From a virus (taxonomy: Duplodnaviria > Heunggongvirae > Uroviricota > Caudoviricetes), in the IMG/VR virus record IMGVR_UViG_2531839662_000021, positions 1-14,097 of that record: DNA of 14,097 nucleotides; one strand, 5' to 3'. This document shows, in pieces, positions 1 to 9,082 of the stretch (the stretch's first letter is position 1; each line of letters starts with the position of its first letter). The notes under the pieces were generated by a model. The model was not told the DNA's origin. It worked only from the letters and a program-made list of their open reading frames with translations, and made no database searches. Both the position numbers and the translations under genes were made by a program.

Positions 1-348
1 TACATCATGGCGACGGATTCGTGGGGGTACTCCCGCGACGTGCGCTGTGAAGTGCTGGCCGGAAAGGTGATCAAACGCCTGCTGTCGTCGGATGCCACCG
101 GAGGCATGGGGGCTGAACGCATGGCTGCTGATGTGCGGGCAGACAACATTTACTCCGCCAGCCTCGACGGGCTGGGTGTCACCATGTGGGCGGTGACGTG
201 GGAGCAGGAATTTCGGCTGGATGAAGAGATTGATCTCGCCGCGCTCCCGGACTTCCTGCGCCTCGGGGCAACGCTGCGTAGCGGTGAACACACTGAAATT
301 AACGACGTGATCCATGTACGGGGTGACGATGGAACAGAAACTGATTAA
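1..348 (+). CDS. 5'-truncated CDS, C-terminal part of a Mu gp37 (K)-like tail completion/terminator protein
   Basis: ORF is in frame from base 1 (no start inside the window) and stops at 346-348. Position immediately upstream of the small gp38-like ORF and the sheath gene matches Mu late-operon synteny. Function inferred from synteny only. Confidence 0.5.
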   Translation, partial: YIMATDSWGYSRDVRCEVLAGKVIKRLLSSDATGGMGAERMAADVRADNIYSASLDGLGVTMWAVTWEQEFRLDEEIDLAALPDFLRLGATLRSGEHTEINDVIHVRGDDGTETD

Positions 349-514
349 GCCAGCGCGGGAAAACGTCCGTGTCCGTAAACCGGATGGCGCGCATTTATCC
401 CCGGAAGGGGAACGTCTCGACGTCTGCGCTTACTGGCTGCGCCGTGAAGCCGAGGGAGATGTGGAAATAACCGCGCTTCCGAAAAATAGCAACAAAAACA
501 GAGGGAAAAAATAA
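329..514 (+). CDS. small conserved tail-region protein, Mu gp38-like
   Basis: 61-aa ORF (MEQKLIKPAREN...). ATG at 329 is preceded by a GGGGTGA Shine-Dalgarno-like motif; the ORF track's start at 314 has no good RBS. Its stop overlaps the sheath ATG (TAATG at 512-516). Small gene between K-like and L-like genes as in Mu. Confidence 0.5.
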   Translation: MEQKLIKPARENVRVRKPDGAHLSPEGERLDVCAYWLRREAEGDVEITALPKNSNKNRGKK

Positions 515-1990
515 TGTCGCTGGGTTCAATTCCTGATGATATCCGCGTCCCGCTTGTCTGGATCGATATCGACAATTCACAGGTGCTGGATGGTGCATCC
601 GCGCAAAGCCGAAAAATTCTGGTCATGGGCCATGCGGTATCGTCCGGCAGCGCAGACGCCCTGTCACTGACCCGCATCACCAGTGACAGCCAGGCAGACC
701 AGCTTTATGGCAAAGGGTCGATGCTGGCTGAAATGCTCAAAATGCTGCGTCGTGCCAACACGTACACGGAAACCTGGGCTATGCCGGTTGCCGCGCCTGA
801 AGGCGCTGCCGCAAAAGCCACGCTGACCGTGCTGGGTACAGCGACTGAAGCCGGAACGGTGGCACTGCTGATTAACGGTGTGTCCGTTCAGGTGAGCGTG
901 AGCGCCGGGGCTACGAAGGAAAACATTGCAAAAGCCATTGCTGATGCGGTGACGAAAAAGCCTGCCACGCAGGTGGCCGCTGCGGTGAAGGATGATGCCA
1001 CGGATACCGTGGAGCTGACCGTGAACTGGCACGGCGTCACCGGCAACGGTGCCGACGTTCGCCTGAACTACTACACCGGTGAAGCCTTCCCGGCTGGTGT
1101 GAAGGTGACCGCTACTGCGTTTACCGGCGGCACCGGGACACCGGAAATGGCGGATGCCGTTGCGGCCATCGGCCCGGAGTGGTTTACCGATATCATCGCC
1201 CCGTTCACCGACACGAAAAGCCTGAACACCCTGCGTGATGAACTGCTGAACCGCTGGGGGCCGCTCAAAATGATGGAGGCGCAGCTGTGGACGGCGTTTC
1301 GTGGCACGCACGGCGAGACAGGCACGTTTGGTGAAACCCGCAATGACTGGCTGATTAGCTGTATTGGCACCAACCTGTCACCGCACCCGGCGTGGATGTG
1401 GGCCGCGTCATACGGCGCAACGGCAGCGTATCACCTTTGCCATTGACCCGGCGCGTCCGCTTCAGACGCTGGTCCTGACCGGCATTCTGCCGCCTGCGCG
1501 TAATGTTCGCTGGGATATGCCGGAACGTAACCTGCTGCTGCATGACGGCATTGCCACACACATGGTGGACGCCGGGGATAACGTCTGCATCGAGCGTGAA
1601 ATCACCATGTACCGGGTTAATCAGTACGGTGATGCGGATGTGTCGTACCTTGATGTGCAGTCACCCGCCACGCTGGGCCGTATCCGTTACATCATCAAAA
1701 ATCGTTTCACGAACCGTTATCCGCGCCATAAGCTGGCGGACGATGACGTGCTGGACTCACTGGATGCCGGTCAGCCGGTGATGACGCCGAAGCTGTGCAC
1801 CGCAGAGCTGCTGGATATCTGCCAGACCGAACTTATTCCTGCGGGCCTTGTGGAGAACTTCAGCGATTACAAGGACACGCTTCAGGTGACACGCGACAGC
1901 AGCGATAAAAACCGTCTGAACTTTATCTGCCACCCGAATCTGGTGAACCAGCTGCGTGTGCTGGCAGGCCTGATTCAGTTCAAACTTTAA
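514..1990 (+). pseudogene. contractile tail sheath protein (Mu gpL-like), reading frame disrupted by an apparent +1 frameshift near 1420-1440
   Basis: ORF 514..1446 (310 aa, starts MSLGSIPDDIRVPLVWIDID, GAGGGA RBS upstream) continues as protein-like sequence in the next frame (ITFAIDPARPLQTLVLTG... to stop at 1988-1990). Combined span is 1477 nt, one base more than a multiple of three; an intact gene would be about 491 aa, the typical sheath size. The frame-2 ORF upstream of about 1425 is Arg-rich junk. Confidence 0.75.
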
Positions 1991-1999
1991 GGGGGCCGC

Positions 2000-2356
2000 A
2001 TGGCAAAAATTCTTGGCATGGCGACCATTCGCGTGAATGGCCGCGAAATTAAAACCGAGGGGAAATCCACGCTGAATCCGGGCGGCTTCAGTCGCACCCA
2101 GCATATGGGCGGCGGCAAGGTCTGGGGCATCTCCAGCAAGATGGCCTCGCCGTCCATCAAGGTGACCATTGCGGCGGCAGCGGATATGGACGTGATTGAA
2201 ATCAGCAGCTGGGAAGACGTCACGGTGATGTTCTACGGCGACAATGGCCTGAACTACATGATGACGGGTTCCGCCACGGATAACCCGGCGGAGCTGGACG
2301 AGGATTCCGGCACCATCAGTGCCAACTTTATCGGTGAAAAATGCGTGAAGGTGTGA
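2000..2356 (+). CDS. tail tube protein (Mu gpM-like)
   Basis: 118-aa ORF directly after the sheath gene with AAGGGGG RBS 6 nt upstream of ATG; size and position typical of myovirus tube proteins. Confidence 0.75.
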   Translation: MAKILGMATIRVNGREIKTEGKSTLNPGGFSRTQHMGGGKVWGISSKMASPSIKVTIAAAADMDVIEISSWEDVTVMFYGDNGLNYMMTGSATDNPAELDEDSGTISANFIGEKCVKV

Positions 2357-2357
2357 C

Positions 2358-2753
2358 ATGGCTGAAATGACATTTGAACTGAAACACGGGCTTCTGACCG
2401 GCAAAGGCACGGCAGATGAAACCCTGCATAAAACCGTGAAACTGCGCGAACTGACCGCCAGCGACGTGATTGATGCACAACTGGCCGCAGAACGCGTCGT
2501 CATGGGCGGGAACGGAAAGGCGGTGGCCTACTGCTCGGAAGTGCTGATGGGGCTGGAGATGATGCGCCGTCAGGTTGCGGCCATCGGCAGCATTCCCGGC
2601 CCGCTGGACATGAAACAGCTGCGAATGCTCCACCCGGCAGACCTTGAGCTTATCAGCACGAAAGCCGCTGCGCTGGATGACATGCTTGAGGAGGTGGCAA
2701 CGCGGGGGCGACCTGATGCCGCTGGCGGCGGCACTGATGAACCTGCTGGTTAA
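2358..2753 (+). CDS. tail assembly chaperone (Mu gp41-like), short in-frame product
   Basis: 131-aa ORF between tube and tape measure genes, the conserved position for tail assembly chaperones; ATG lies 1 nt after the tube stop. Confidence 0.7.
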   Translation: MAEMTFELKHGLLTGKGTADETLHKTVKLRELTASDVIDAQLAAERVVMGGNGKAVAYCSEVLMGLEMMRRQVAAIGSIPGPLDMKQLRMLHPADLELISTKAAALDDMLEEVATRGRPDAAGGGTDEPAG

Positions 2754-2853
2754 CCTGTCCCAGCGATTCAGCATTCAGTACCTGGAACAGCTGCCCCTGC
2801 GGCAGCTGTTCCGCCTGATAAAGCAACTGGAGAAACAGCATGGCAACAGGTAA
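2358..2853 (+). CDS. tail assembly chaperone frameshift fusion product (G-GT-like), putative -2/+1 shift at G-run 2704-2708
   Basis: A second frame is open from 2644 to the stop at 2854-2856 and overlaps the 3' end of the chaperone ORF; CGGGGGCGA at 2703-2711 is the candidate slip site. The extension ends 14 nt inside the tape measure gene start. Fusion would be about 165 aa. Confidence 0.45.
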
Positions 2854-4696
2854 CCGTCTCAGCACGGAAATCATGATCAACCTTGCCGGGAACCTGACCG
2901 CCAAAGCCCGGCAGTACGGCGCAAATATGTCGCAGTTCGCCCGGAACCATCAGAAGGCCATGCGCCTTGTCAAAGCCACAACGGAGGCCGCAGGACGCGG
3001 CCTTGATACGCTGGGCAACCGCTACACGGCAATGATAGCCGGGCTTGGCAGTAGCCTAACCATCAAACAGGTTGCCGATTTTGATGCGCAGATGCGCCGG
3101 ATGGGTACGGATGCCCAGTTAACCACTGAACAGGTAAAGACGCTTCACGACAAAATCAGGGATGTATCGAACCAGAAAGATATTCGTATTGATGCCTCTG
3201 CGCTTGGTCAGGGGGCCAGCGAACTTCTGGGGAAAACCGGTGATTATCAGTATGTGGTGGACAACCTCCGCAACATGGGGTTGATGATGCAGGCGTTCGG
3301 TGTTGACGGACAGGTTGCAGCCGGGCTGATGGCGCAGTTCTGGGAAAAAAACGTCCGGGGCGCTGATGCGGTCAGTAACATGATGGACAGGCTGTATTCG
3401 CAGTTCGCAGTGGGGTCTGTCAGCGTTGCCGATGTTGCCCGCGCAGCTCCGAAACTGTTTTCCATCATTCAGGATCAGGGACCGGAAGCCATTGCCCAGA
3501 TGGGGGCATTTGCTCAGGTGTTCGCCAAAAACAAAGGCAGCATTGATGAGACGGTAACCAGTATTCAGGCCATGTATGCCTCCCTGTCGGACAAAAAGAA
3601 CATCGAGTTCCTGAAAAAAAACGGCGTTGATGTTTTTGTCAAAGGCACAAAAGACATCAAAAAGCCCTATGAACTGATGATGGAAATCCTTAAACGGGCC
3701 AAATACGACCCGCTGAAACTTCAGGATGTGTTTGATCAGACCGGGATGCAGGGGATTAAGGCGCTGCTTAACCCTGAAAACCGGCAACTGATGGAACAAA
3801 TGATTTACGGCACGATTGATCTGGGTTCCACGCAAAAGGCCGCACAGACCAATGCCGAAGGCTTTAATGCTGCAATGCAATCACTGAATAACGAATGGCA
3901 ACGTTTTGCTGAAGGGCAACTGGCAAAGCCCGTTCAGGACCTGGCGGATGCGCTCAACAGCGTGGACCAGGATACCGTCCAGAACTGGTTGCAGGTGGGT
4001 AAATATATAGCGATTGCGCTGGGTGGCATTATCGCCATCAGAAAGACGTATCAGTTCGGTAAAACCATCCACGACATCATGAATCCCAAAGGGAAAGGCA
4101 AAGGGATTCCCGGTGGCATTACGGATGTTTTCGGCTCCGGTGTGATGCCGGTTTATGTGGTTAATATGGGCAGTGGCGGGATGAATGGTAATACCGGCGG
4201 TCTGCCGGATACACCGGATTCATCGCGCAATCCCCGTAACCCACGCAATCCTCGGGGTCCGGGTAACCGTGGAGGAAAGGCAGGTAAAGGCGCTGGCATC
4301 ATTACCGGTGCTCTGGAGTTTTACGATTTTCTGACCACGCAATACGCCCTGCCGGGTGAGGTTGACAGCCTTACAAAATCCGTTGCCGGTGATGCCAGCG
4401 CCAGCCCGTGGGAGCGCGAGTTCGCGCAACAGAGTCAGGACAATCAGAAAGCGCTCGAGTCCGTCTGGCGTAAGGTAACGGACTGGTTCAACTCGCTGGG
4501 TGACAAGAACATTGCCGACCCGCGACCGTGGGCAGGTATGCAACCCACACAGAATTATCCTTTCCTTCCGCAGCAATTGCAGGGGGAGATCCGTGTGGTG
4601 GTGGAAGGTGACGCCCGCGTGAAAAGCGTCAGAGTGGATCAACCCGGCGTCAGACTCAGTGCGCAGGCTGGCGTCACCAGCGTGGAGCAAGGGTAA
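2840..4696 (+). CDS. tail tape measure protein (Mu gpN-like)
   Basis: 618-aa ORF following the chaperone pair, GGAG RBS upstream; hydrophobic segment (WLQVGKYIAIALGGIIAI) and Gly-rich low-complexity C-terminal region typical of tape measure proteins. Confidence 0.8.
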   Translation: MATGNRLSTEIMINLAGNLTAKARQYGANMSQFARNHQKAMRLVKATTEAAGRGLDTLGNRYTAMIAGLGSSLTIKQVADFDAQMRRMGTDAQLTTEQVKTLHDKIRDVSNQKDIRIDASALGQGASELLGKTGDYQYVVDNLRNMGLMMQAFGVDGQVAAGLMAQFWEKNVRGADAVSNMMDRLYSQFAVGSVSVADVARAAPKLFSIIQDQGPEAIAQMGAFAQVFAKNKGSIDETVTSIQAMYASLSDKKNIEFLKKNGVDVFVKGTKDIKKPYELMMEILKRAKYDPLKLQDVFDQTGMQGIKALLNPENRQLMEQMIYGTIDLGSTQKAAQTNAEGFNAAMQSLNNEWQRFAEGQLAKPVQDLADALNSVDQDTVQNWLQVGKYIAIALGGIIAIRKTYQFGKTIHDIMNPKGKGKGIPGGITDVFGSGVMPVYVVNMGSGGMNGNTGGLPDTPDSSRNPRNPRNPRGPGNRGGKAGKGAGIITGALEFYDFLTTQYALPGEVDSLTKSVAGDASASPWEREFAQQSQDNQKALESVWRKVTDWFNSLGDKNIADPRPWAGMQPTQNYPFLPQQLQGEIRVVVEGDARVKSVRVDQPGVRLSAQAGVTSVEQG

Positions 4697-5970
4697 TGAC
4701 AACAGGCAAAGGCAAATGGGACGGACTGCGCGACGCCTCGTTTCGCGGTGTCCCCTTCTTTCTGGTGGATACGGAAGGCACCGGTGGCCGCAGGGCTATT
4801 CCCCGCGCGTATCCCCGGCGTGAAACCGCCTGGACGGATGATAACGGGGCCGTTCCCGGTCAACAGCAGATTAACGCAAAGCTGCCAGGTAAAAACTTCC
4901 AGGATGATTTAAACGCCCTTTTAGACGCGCTCAATACCCCCGGCCCCGGCGAGCTTATCCACCCGTGGTTCGGGATACAGACCGTACAGGTTGGCAAGGT
5001 CACCCATCGCCTCAGCACGGAGGAAGACGGCATTGCGTATGTCACTTTTGAAGTGTTTGAGGCAGGCGAGCGCCTGTTCCCGTCTGCGGCGGATAACACG
5101 CAGCAGGAAGTACTGACGGGTATTGATGCGGTAAAAGCGGCCATTGACGATGGCGACTGGTTCGGCGCACTCGACGGGCTGGGTGAGATGGCCGACAGCT
5201 TTCTGGCTGATATGGAAAACCTTGTGGCTAACCTGCCCACGTTACCGGCAGCACTGAATCAGTGGATGGACAGGCTGAACCATTTTAAGGAGATGGCCGG
5301 AACCATCATTGCCACACCGGGGCGTCTGGTCAGTGAGCTGTCCTCGTTCATCGACGGCGTGGTTGATCTGGTGACGGAACCACCCGAAGCACTGGCGGTT
5401 TACACGACATTACGCAACCAGTGGGCCGGAGAACGCGCCCGACAGGTTGCCACCGGCGCACTGCCGGAAGATATCACCGTGAAGCCAGGCAGCGTGGCAG
5501 ACGGCGAAATTGGCTTTGCTATCGGGCTGTCACCGGATTATCAGCCGGTATCTGTCAGTCTGCAGAAGAACATTGACGACTTCCGCCAGGTGGTTGTGCT
5601 GGAAACCCTGCTGGGACAGGCAAATGCCGTGGCCTCGATGACGTTCGATACCAGTGATGCGGCCTTATCTGCCGGTGACACGCTGGCGGCTGAACTGCAT
5701 GAGCAGGCGGTGGCAGCGGTGGAAAATAACCAGCGGGCATTGTGGCGAACGCTGCGCGATTTACGGCAGGCCGTGATTACGGATGCCCGCGAGCGTGCCG
5801 CCCGTCTGCCGGAAACCCGGCAGGTGACGCTGACCACAACCACATCTGCCGCATTGCTGGCATGGCGCGAGCATGGGGATACAAGCCGACGGGATGAAAT
5901 CGTGCAGCGTAACCGCCTGCGCCATCCGTCATTCATCCTGCCAACGCAACCAGTGGAGATTACCGACTGA
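4696..5970 (+). CDS. Mu gp43 (P)-like 'DNA circulation' baseplate/tail protein
   Basis: 424-aa ORF; N-terminus (KWDGLRDASFRGVPFFLVDTEG) resembles the DNA-circulation N-terminal family found after the tape measure gene in Mu-like phages; start overlaps the upstream stop (TAATG). Confidence 0.7.
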   Translation: MTTGKGKWDGLRDASFRGVPFFLVDTEGTGGRRAIPRAYPRRETAWTDDNGAVPGQQQINAKLPGKNFQDDLNALLDALNTPGPGELIHPWFGIQTVQVGKVTHRLSTEEDGIAYVTFEVFEAGERLFPSAADNTQQEVLTGIDAVKAAIDDGDWFGALDGLGEMADSFLADMENLVANLPTLPAALNQWMDRLNHFKEMAGTIIATPGRLVSELSSFIDGVVDLVTEPPEALAVYTTLRNQWAGERARQVATGALPEDITVKPGSVADGEIGFAIGLSPDYQPVSVSLQKNIDDFRQVVVLETLLGQANAVASMTFDTSDAALSAGDTLAAELHEQAVAAVENNQRALWRTLRDLRQAVITDARERAARLPETRQVTLTTTTSAALLAWREHGDTSRRDEIVQRNRLRHPSFILPTQPVEITD

Positions 5971-7040
5971 TGGAATCCGTGATTCTTACCGTTGACGGCA
6001 AATTGTGGGAAGGCTGGACGGAAATGTCCGTCAGCCGTTCCCTGAAGGCGATTGCCGGTGAGTTTGATCTCAGTGTGACAACCCGCTGGTCAGCGGCGGC
6101 ACCGCGCGTGATACGTGAGGGGCAACCCTGCACGGTCAGGCTGGGTGCGGATACCGTGCTGACAGGGTATATCGATGATTTTATCCCCAGCTATGACGCA
6201 GATAACGTGGAGATTCGCGTCATGGGGCGCGACAAAACCGGCGACCTGGTGGACTGCTCTGTGGTGCATTCATCCGGGAAATGGAAAGGCGTGCGGCTGG
6301 AACAGGTAGCGGCTGATGTCTGCCGCCCGTTCGGGATAGCCGTCATCACGGAAACCCCGACCGGGGAGGCGTTTGCGTCCGTTGTTCTGGAACAGGGTGA
6401 AACGGGCTTTGAACTGCTCGACCGGCTGGCAAAACAGCGCGGCGTTCTGCTGACGTCTGACGGCGCAGGTAACCTGATTATCACCCGCGCCTCTTCCGTT
6501 CGCGCGGGTGTGTCACTGGTGCTGGGGAAAAATATCCTCGCCGCCCGTGGGCGCTTCAGCTGGCGGGAGCGTAACAGCCAGTACATCATCAAGGGCACCA
6601 CCAGTGCCGGTGGCAAACTGTGGGACAGCCAGCCTGCCTCGATGGTGGGTGGTCGCCAGTACATCACCGAAGACCCGGAAATTAACCGTTACCGCCCGCG
6701 CATTCTGGTCAATGAAGACAGCCTGACCGTGGGCGGGGCCAGCATTCGCGGGGAATGGTACAAAGCCCGGATGCTGGGGGAATCCCGCACGACGGAAATC
6801 ACGGTGGCAGGCTGGCGCGAACAGGGCGACAGCGGCCCGCTGTGGCAGACCAATCGCCTTGTCGATATCGACGACAGCATTCAGAACCTGAAAACCACCT
6901 GGCTGATATCCGGGGTGACCTGGACGGATGGCGCACAGGGGCGGATGACGGTTCTGGCGCTGGTTCCGCCTGAATCACTGGATATGCCGGAAATGAAAGC
7001 GAAGACGAAGAAAACAAAGGCGGTGGCCACATGGGATTAA
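5970..7040 (+). CDS. baseplate hub protein (Mu gp44/Q-like, P2 gpD-like)
   Basis: 356-aa ORF in the conserved position; start overlaps the upstream stop (TGATG). Confidence 0.7.
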   Translation: MESVILTVDGKLWEGWTEMSVSRSLKAIAGEFDLSVTTRWSAAAPRVIREGQPCTVRLGADTVLTGYIDDFIPSYDADNVEIRVMGRDKTGDLVDCSVVHSSGKWKGVRLEQVAADVCRPFGIAVITETPTGEAFASVVLEQGETGFELLDRLAKQRGVLLTSDGAGNLIITRASSVRAGVSLVLGKNILAARGRFSWRERNSQYIIKGTTSAGGKLWDSQPASMVGGRQYITEDPEINRYRPRILVNEDSLTVGGASIRGEWYKARMLGESRTTEITVAGWREQGDSGPLWQTNRLVDIDDSIQNLKTTWLISGVTWTDGAQGRMTVLALVPPESLDMPEMKAKTKKTKAVATWD

Positions 7041-7567
7041 ACGCAATTGCCCGCCGTCTGCGGCTGCTGGTTGACCGTGCCGTTGTGCGCATGGTGTCTG
7101 ACAGTCTGGAGCGGCAGAACCTGCAAATCCAGACGCTGGCTGATGCCACCGACGACGACGTGGAACGCTTCCAGAACTACGGGTTTACTTCCGTTCCGCC
7201 GGAAGGTTCTGAAGCCATCGTGCTGGCCGTGGGCGGACGGCGTGACGGGCTGGTTGCCATCGCGGTGGAGGACAAGCGATGTCGCCCGAAAGGCCTGTCC
7301 CCCGGTGATGTCCGGCTGTATCACCAGGACGGTAAATCGCATATCACGTTAAAGAAAGGCGGAATTATTGAAATCACAGGAGAACAATTAAACGTTTCAG
7401 GGAAAACGGTAAATCTCACCGCCGACGAATTGCTGAATATTATCGGTAAACAAATGAAATTCGTCGGTCCCTGTGAATTTACTGCAGATGCCACAATCAA
7501 CGGTAAATCTTTCATCAAACACATTCATAAGGACGGCGACAATGAGAAGACATCACCGCCCATATGA
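7031..7567 (+). CDS. baseplate central spike / assembly protein V (Mu gp45-like)
   Basis: 178-aa ORF overlapping the hub gene by 10 nt; size and position match gpV-like spike proteins. Confidence 0.7.
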   Translation: MGLNAIARRLRLLVDRAVVRMVSDSLERQNLQIQTLADATDDDVERFQNYGFTSVPPEGSEAIVLAVGGRRDGLVAIAVEDKRCRPKGLSPGDVRLYHQDGKSHITLKKGGIIEITGEQLNVSGKTVNLTADELLNIIGKQMKFVGPCEFTADATINGKSFIKHIHKDGDNEKTSPPI

Positions 7568-8016
7568 CGACCGGAATCCGCTGGAATAATACTCTCTCAC
7601 GGGGTGACATCACCGTCACCCATAACGGCCTCTCACTGGATGAGGGGCTGGTCACTCAGGTTCTTATCTGCCTTTTCACTGATGCCCGTGCTGATGACGA
7701 TGATGTCATTCCAGATGGTTCCGGCGACCCGCGCGGCTGGCCGGGCGACACGTACAGCGATTTTTCGTGGGGTTCCCGCCTGTGGCTGCTTGAGCGCGAA
7801 AAACTGACGGAAGATGTCCGCCTGCGCGTGGAGGATTACGCGCGACTGTCCATGCAACCGCTGCTGCGGGCCGGTTACGCCCGTAACGCCACCGTCACGG
7901 CCAGAATCATCGTCCCTGACCGTATTGCCTTTCAGGTGGTGTTAACCCGCCCGGACAAAACCACGCTCACAATCGAAATCACCCGCCGATGGGAGGCCAC
8001 CATTAATGCCGTATGA
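7564..8016 (+). CDS. baseplate wedge protein, Mu gp46 (W)-like / T4 gp25-like
   Basis: 150-aa ORF with ATGA start/stop overlap with the upstream gene; Asp-rich motif (DARADDDDVIPDGSGDPRGW) characteristic of the GP46 family. Confidence 0.7.
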   Translation: MTTGIRWNNTLSRGDITVTHNGLSLDEGLVTQVLICLFTDARADDDDVIPDGSGDPRGWPGDTYSDFSWGSRLWLLEREKLTEDVRLRVEDYARLSMQPLLRAGYARNATVTARIIVPDRIAFQVVLTRPDKTTLTIEITRRWEATINAV

Positions 8017-9082
8017 AATCCCCTCGCTGGGCAAACTGATTGCCGACGGCGAAAAAGATATTGCGTATGAACTCGGTCTGCAAAAGCTGCCGCCTGTCAG
8101 TGTTGAGCAGGCGCTGAACGTGTCGTTCAGCAGTCAGGTCCGGGATTTATACGACCATCAGAGCTGGATTAAGGACCAGATAATCCCGTCCACCGCATCT
8201 GATGATGAAACCATTATCAAAACAGCAACGTATGAAGGGGTTATCCGCAAGCAGGCAACCTTTGCCAGCGGGCCGGTGACCTTCACCAGTCAGTCCCCCA
8301 TTCCGGCAGAAACCCGGATGCAGTCCGACACGAATCAGGTGTATCAGGTACTCACATCCGGCGAGGTACAGGACGGCGAGGTCACCGTCATCGTGCAGGC
8401 TGAAGAAGCCGGTGTGGCGGGCAATCTTGCTGCCGGTGCCGTGCTCACTCTGTTGTCCCCGCTACCCGGAACGGGCAGCACCGGCGCGGTGACTGAAAGT
8501 GGCATCACCGGTGGCGCAGACATCGAATCCATCGCAGAGCTGCTGGACCGTCTGCTGTATGTGCGCCGCAATCCCCCGGTGGGCGGTGCACTGCATGATT
8601 ACGTCATCTGGGCGCGTGAAGTGCCGGGTGTCAGCCGCGCGTGGGCATGGGATGCGTGGCACGGCCCCGGCACGGTCGGGCTGGCATGGCTTTATGATGA
8701 CCGTGAAGACATTATCCCCACACGGGACGACCTGAAGACAATGGAGCAGTATCTGTTCTGCCACAAACACCCTGCCACCGGCGTGATGGTGGGCAAACCG
8801 GGCGGCATCGAGGTCTGGCCGGTGCAGGTCAGGCTGAAGAAGCTCGACCTGTCCATCCGTCTGACACCGGACAGCCAGGCGAACAGGAACGCCGTCCGGG
8901 CAAACCTGACCGCATTGCAGAAAACGCTGGCCCCCGGTCAGATGCTGCCGGTGTCCTCGCTGCGCACGGCCATCGGTATGACGTCCGGTATCACGGATTA
9001 CTTCCTCAACATCGGGGAGGACACCACCAGTGATGTGGATGAGCTTATCACCATCGGGGAGGTGACATGGCTCACAGCGTGA
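8006..9082 (+). CDS. baseplate J-like protein (Mu gp47-like)
   Basis: 358-aa ORF overlapping the upstream gene by 11 nt; size and synteny match baseplate J family proteins. Confidence 0.7.
   Translation: MPYEIPSLGKLIADGEKDIAYELGLQKLPPVSVEQALNVSFSSQVRDLYDHQSWIKDQIIPSTASDDETIIKTATYEGVIRKQATFASGPVTFTSQSPIPAETRMQSDTNQVYQVLTSGEVQDGEVTVIVQAEEAGVAGNLAAGAVLTLLSPLPGTGSTGAVTESGITGGADIESIAELLDRLLYVRRNPPVGGALHDYVIWAREVPGVSRAWAWDAWHGPGTVGLAWLYDDREDIIPTRDDLKTMEQYLFCHKHPATGVMVGKPGGIEVWPVQVRLKKLDLSIRLTPDSQANRNAVRANLTALQKTLAPGQMLPVSSLRTAIGMTSGITDYFLNIGEDTTSDVDELITIGEVTWLTA

Noticed and set aside
664-1311. 215-aa minus-strand ORF inside the sheath gene
   Set aside because: Arg/His/Gly-rich antisense artefact of the GC-rich sheath coding sequence.
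1757-2503. 248-aa ORF on the minus strand overlapping the sheath, tube and chaperone genes
   Set aside because: Antisense shadow ORF in G+C-rich coding DNA; Arg/Ala/His-rich junk-like composition, no RBS context, and it fully overlaps well-supported + strand genes.
2644-2853. 69-aa ORF as an independent gene
   Set aside because: No convincing start or RBS of its own; its position overlapping the chaperone 3' end and tape measure 5' end fits a frameshift extension rather than a separate gene.
3119-3880. 253-aa minus-strand ORF inside the tape measure gene
   Set aside because: Same reasoning: antisense to a strongly supported structural gene, with low-complexity, non-protein-like composition.
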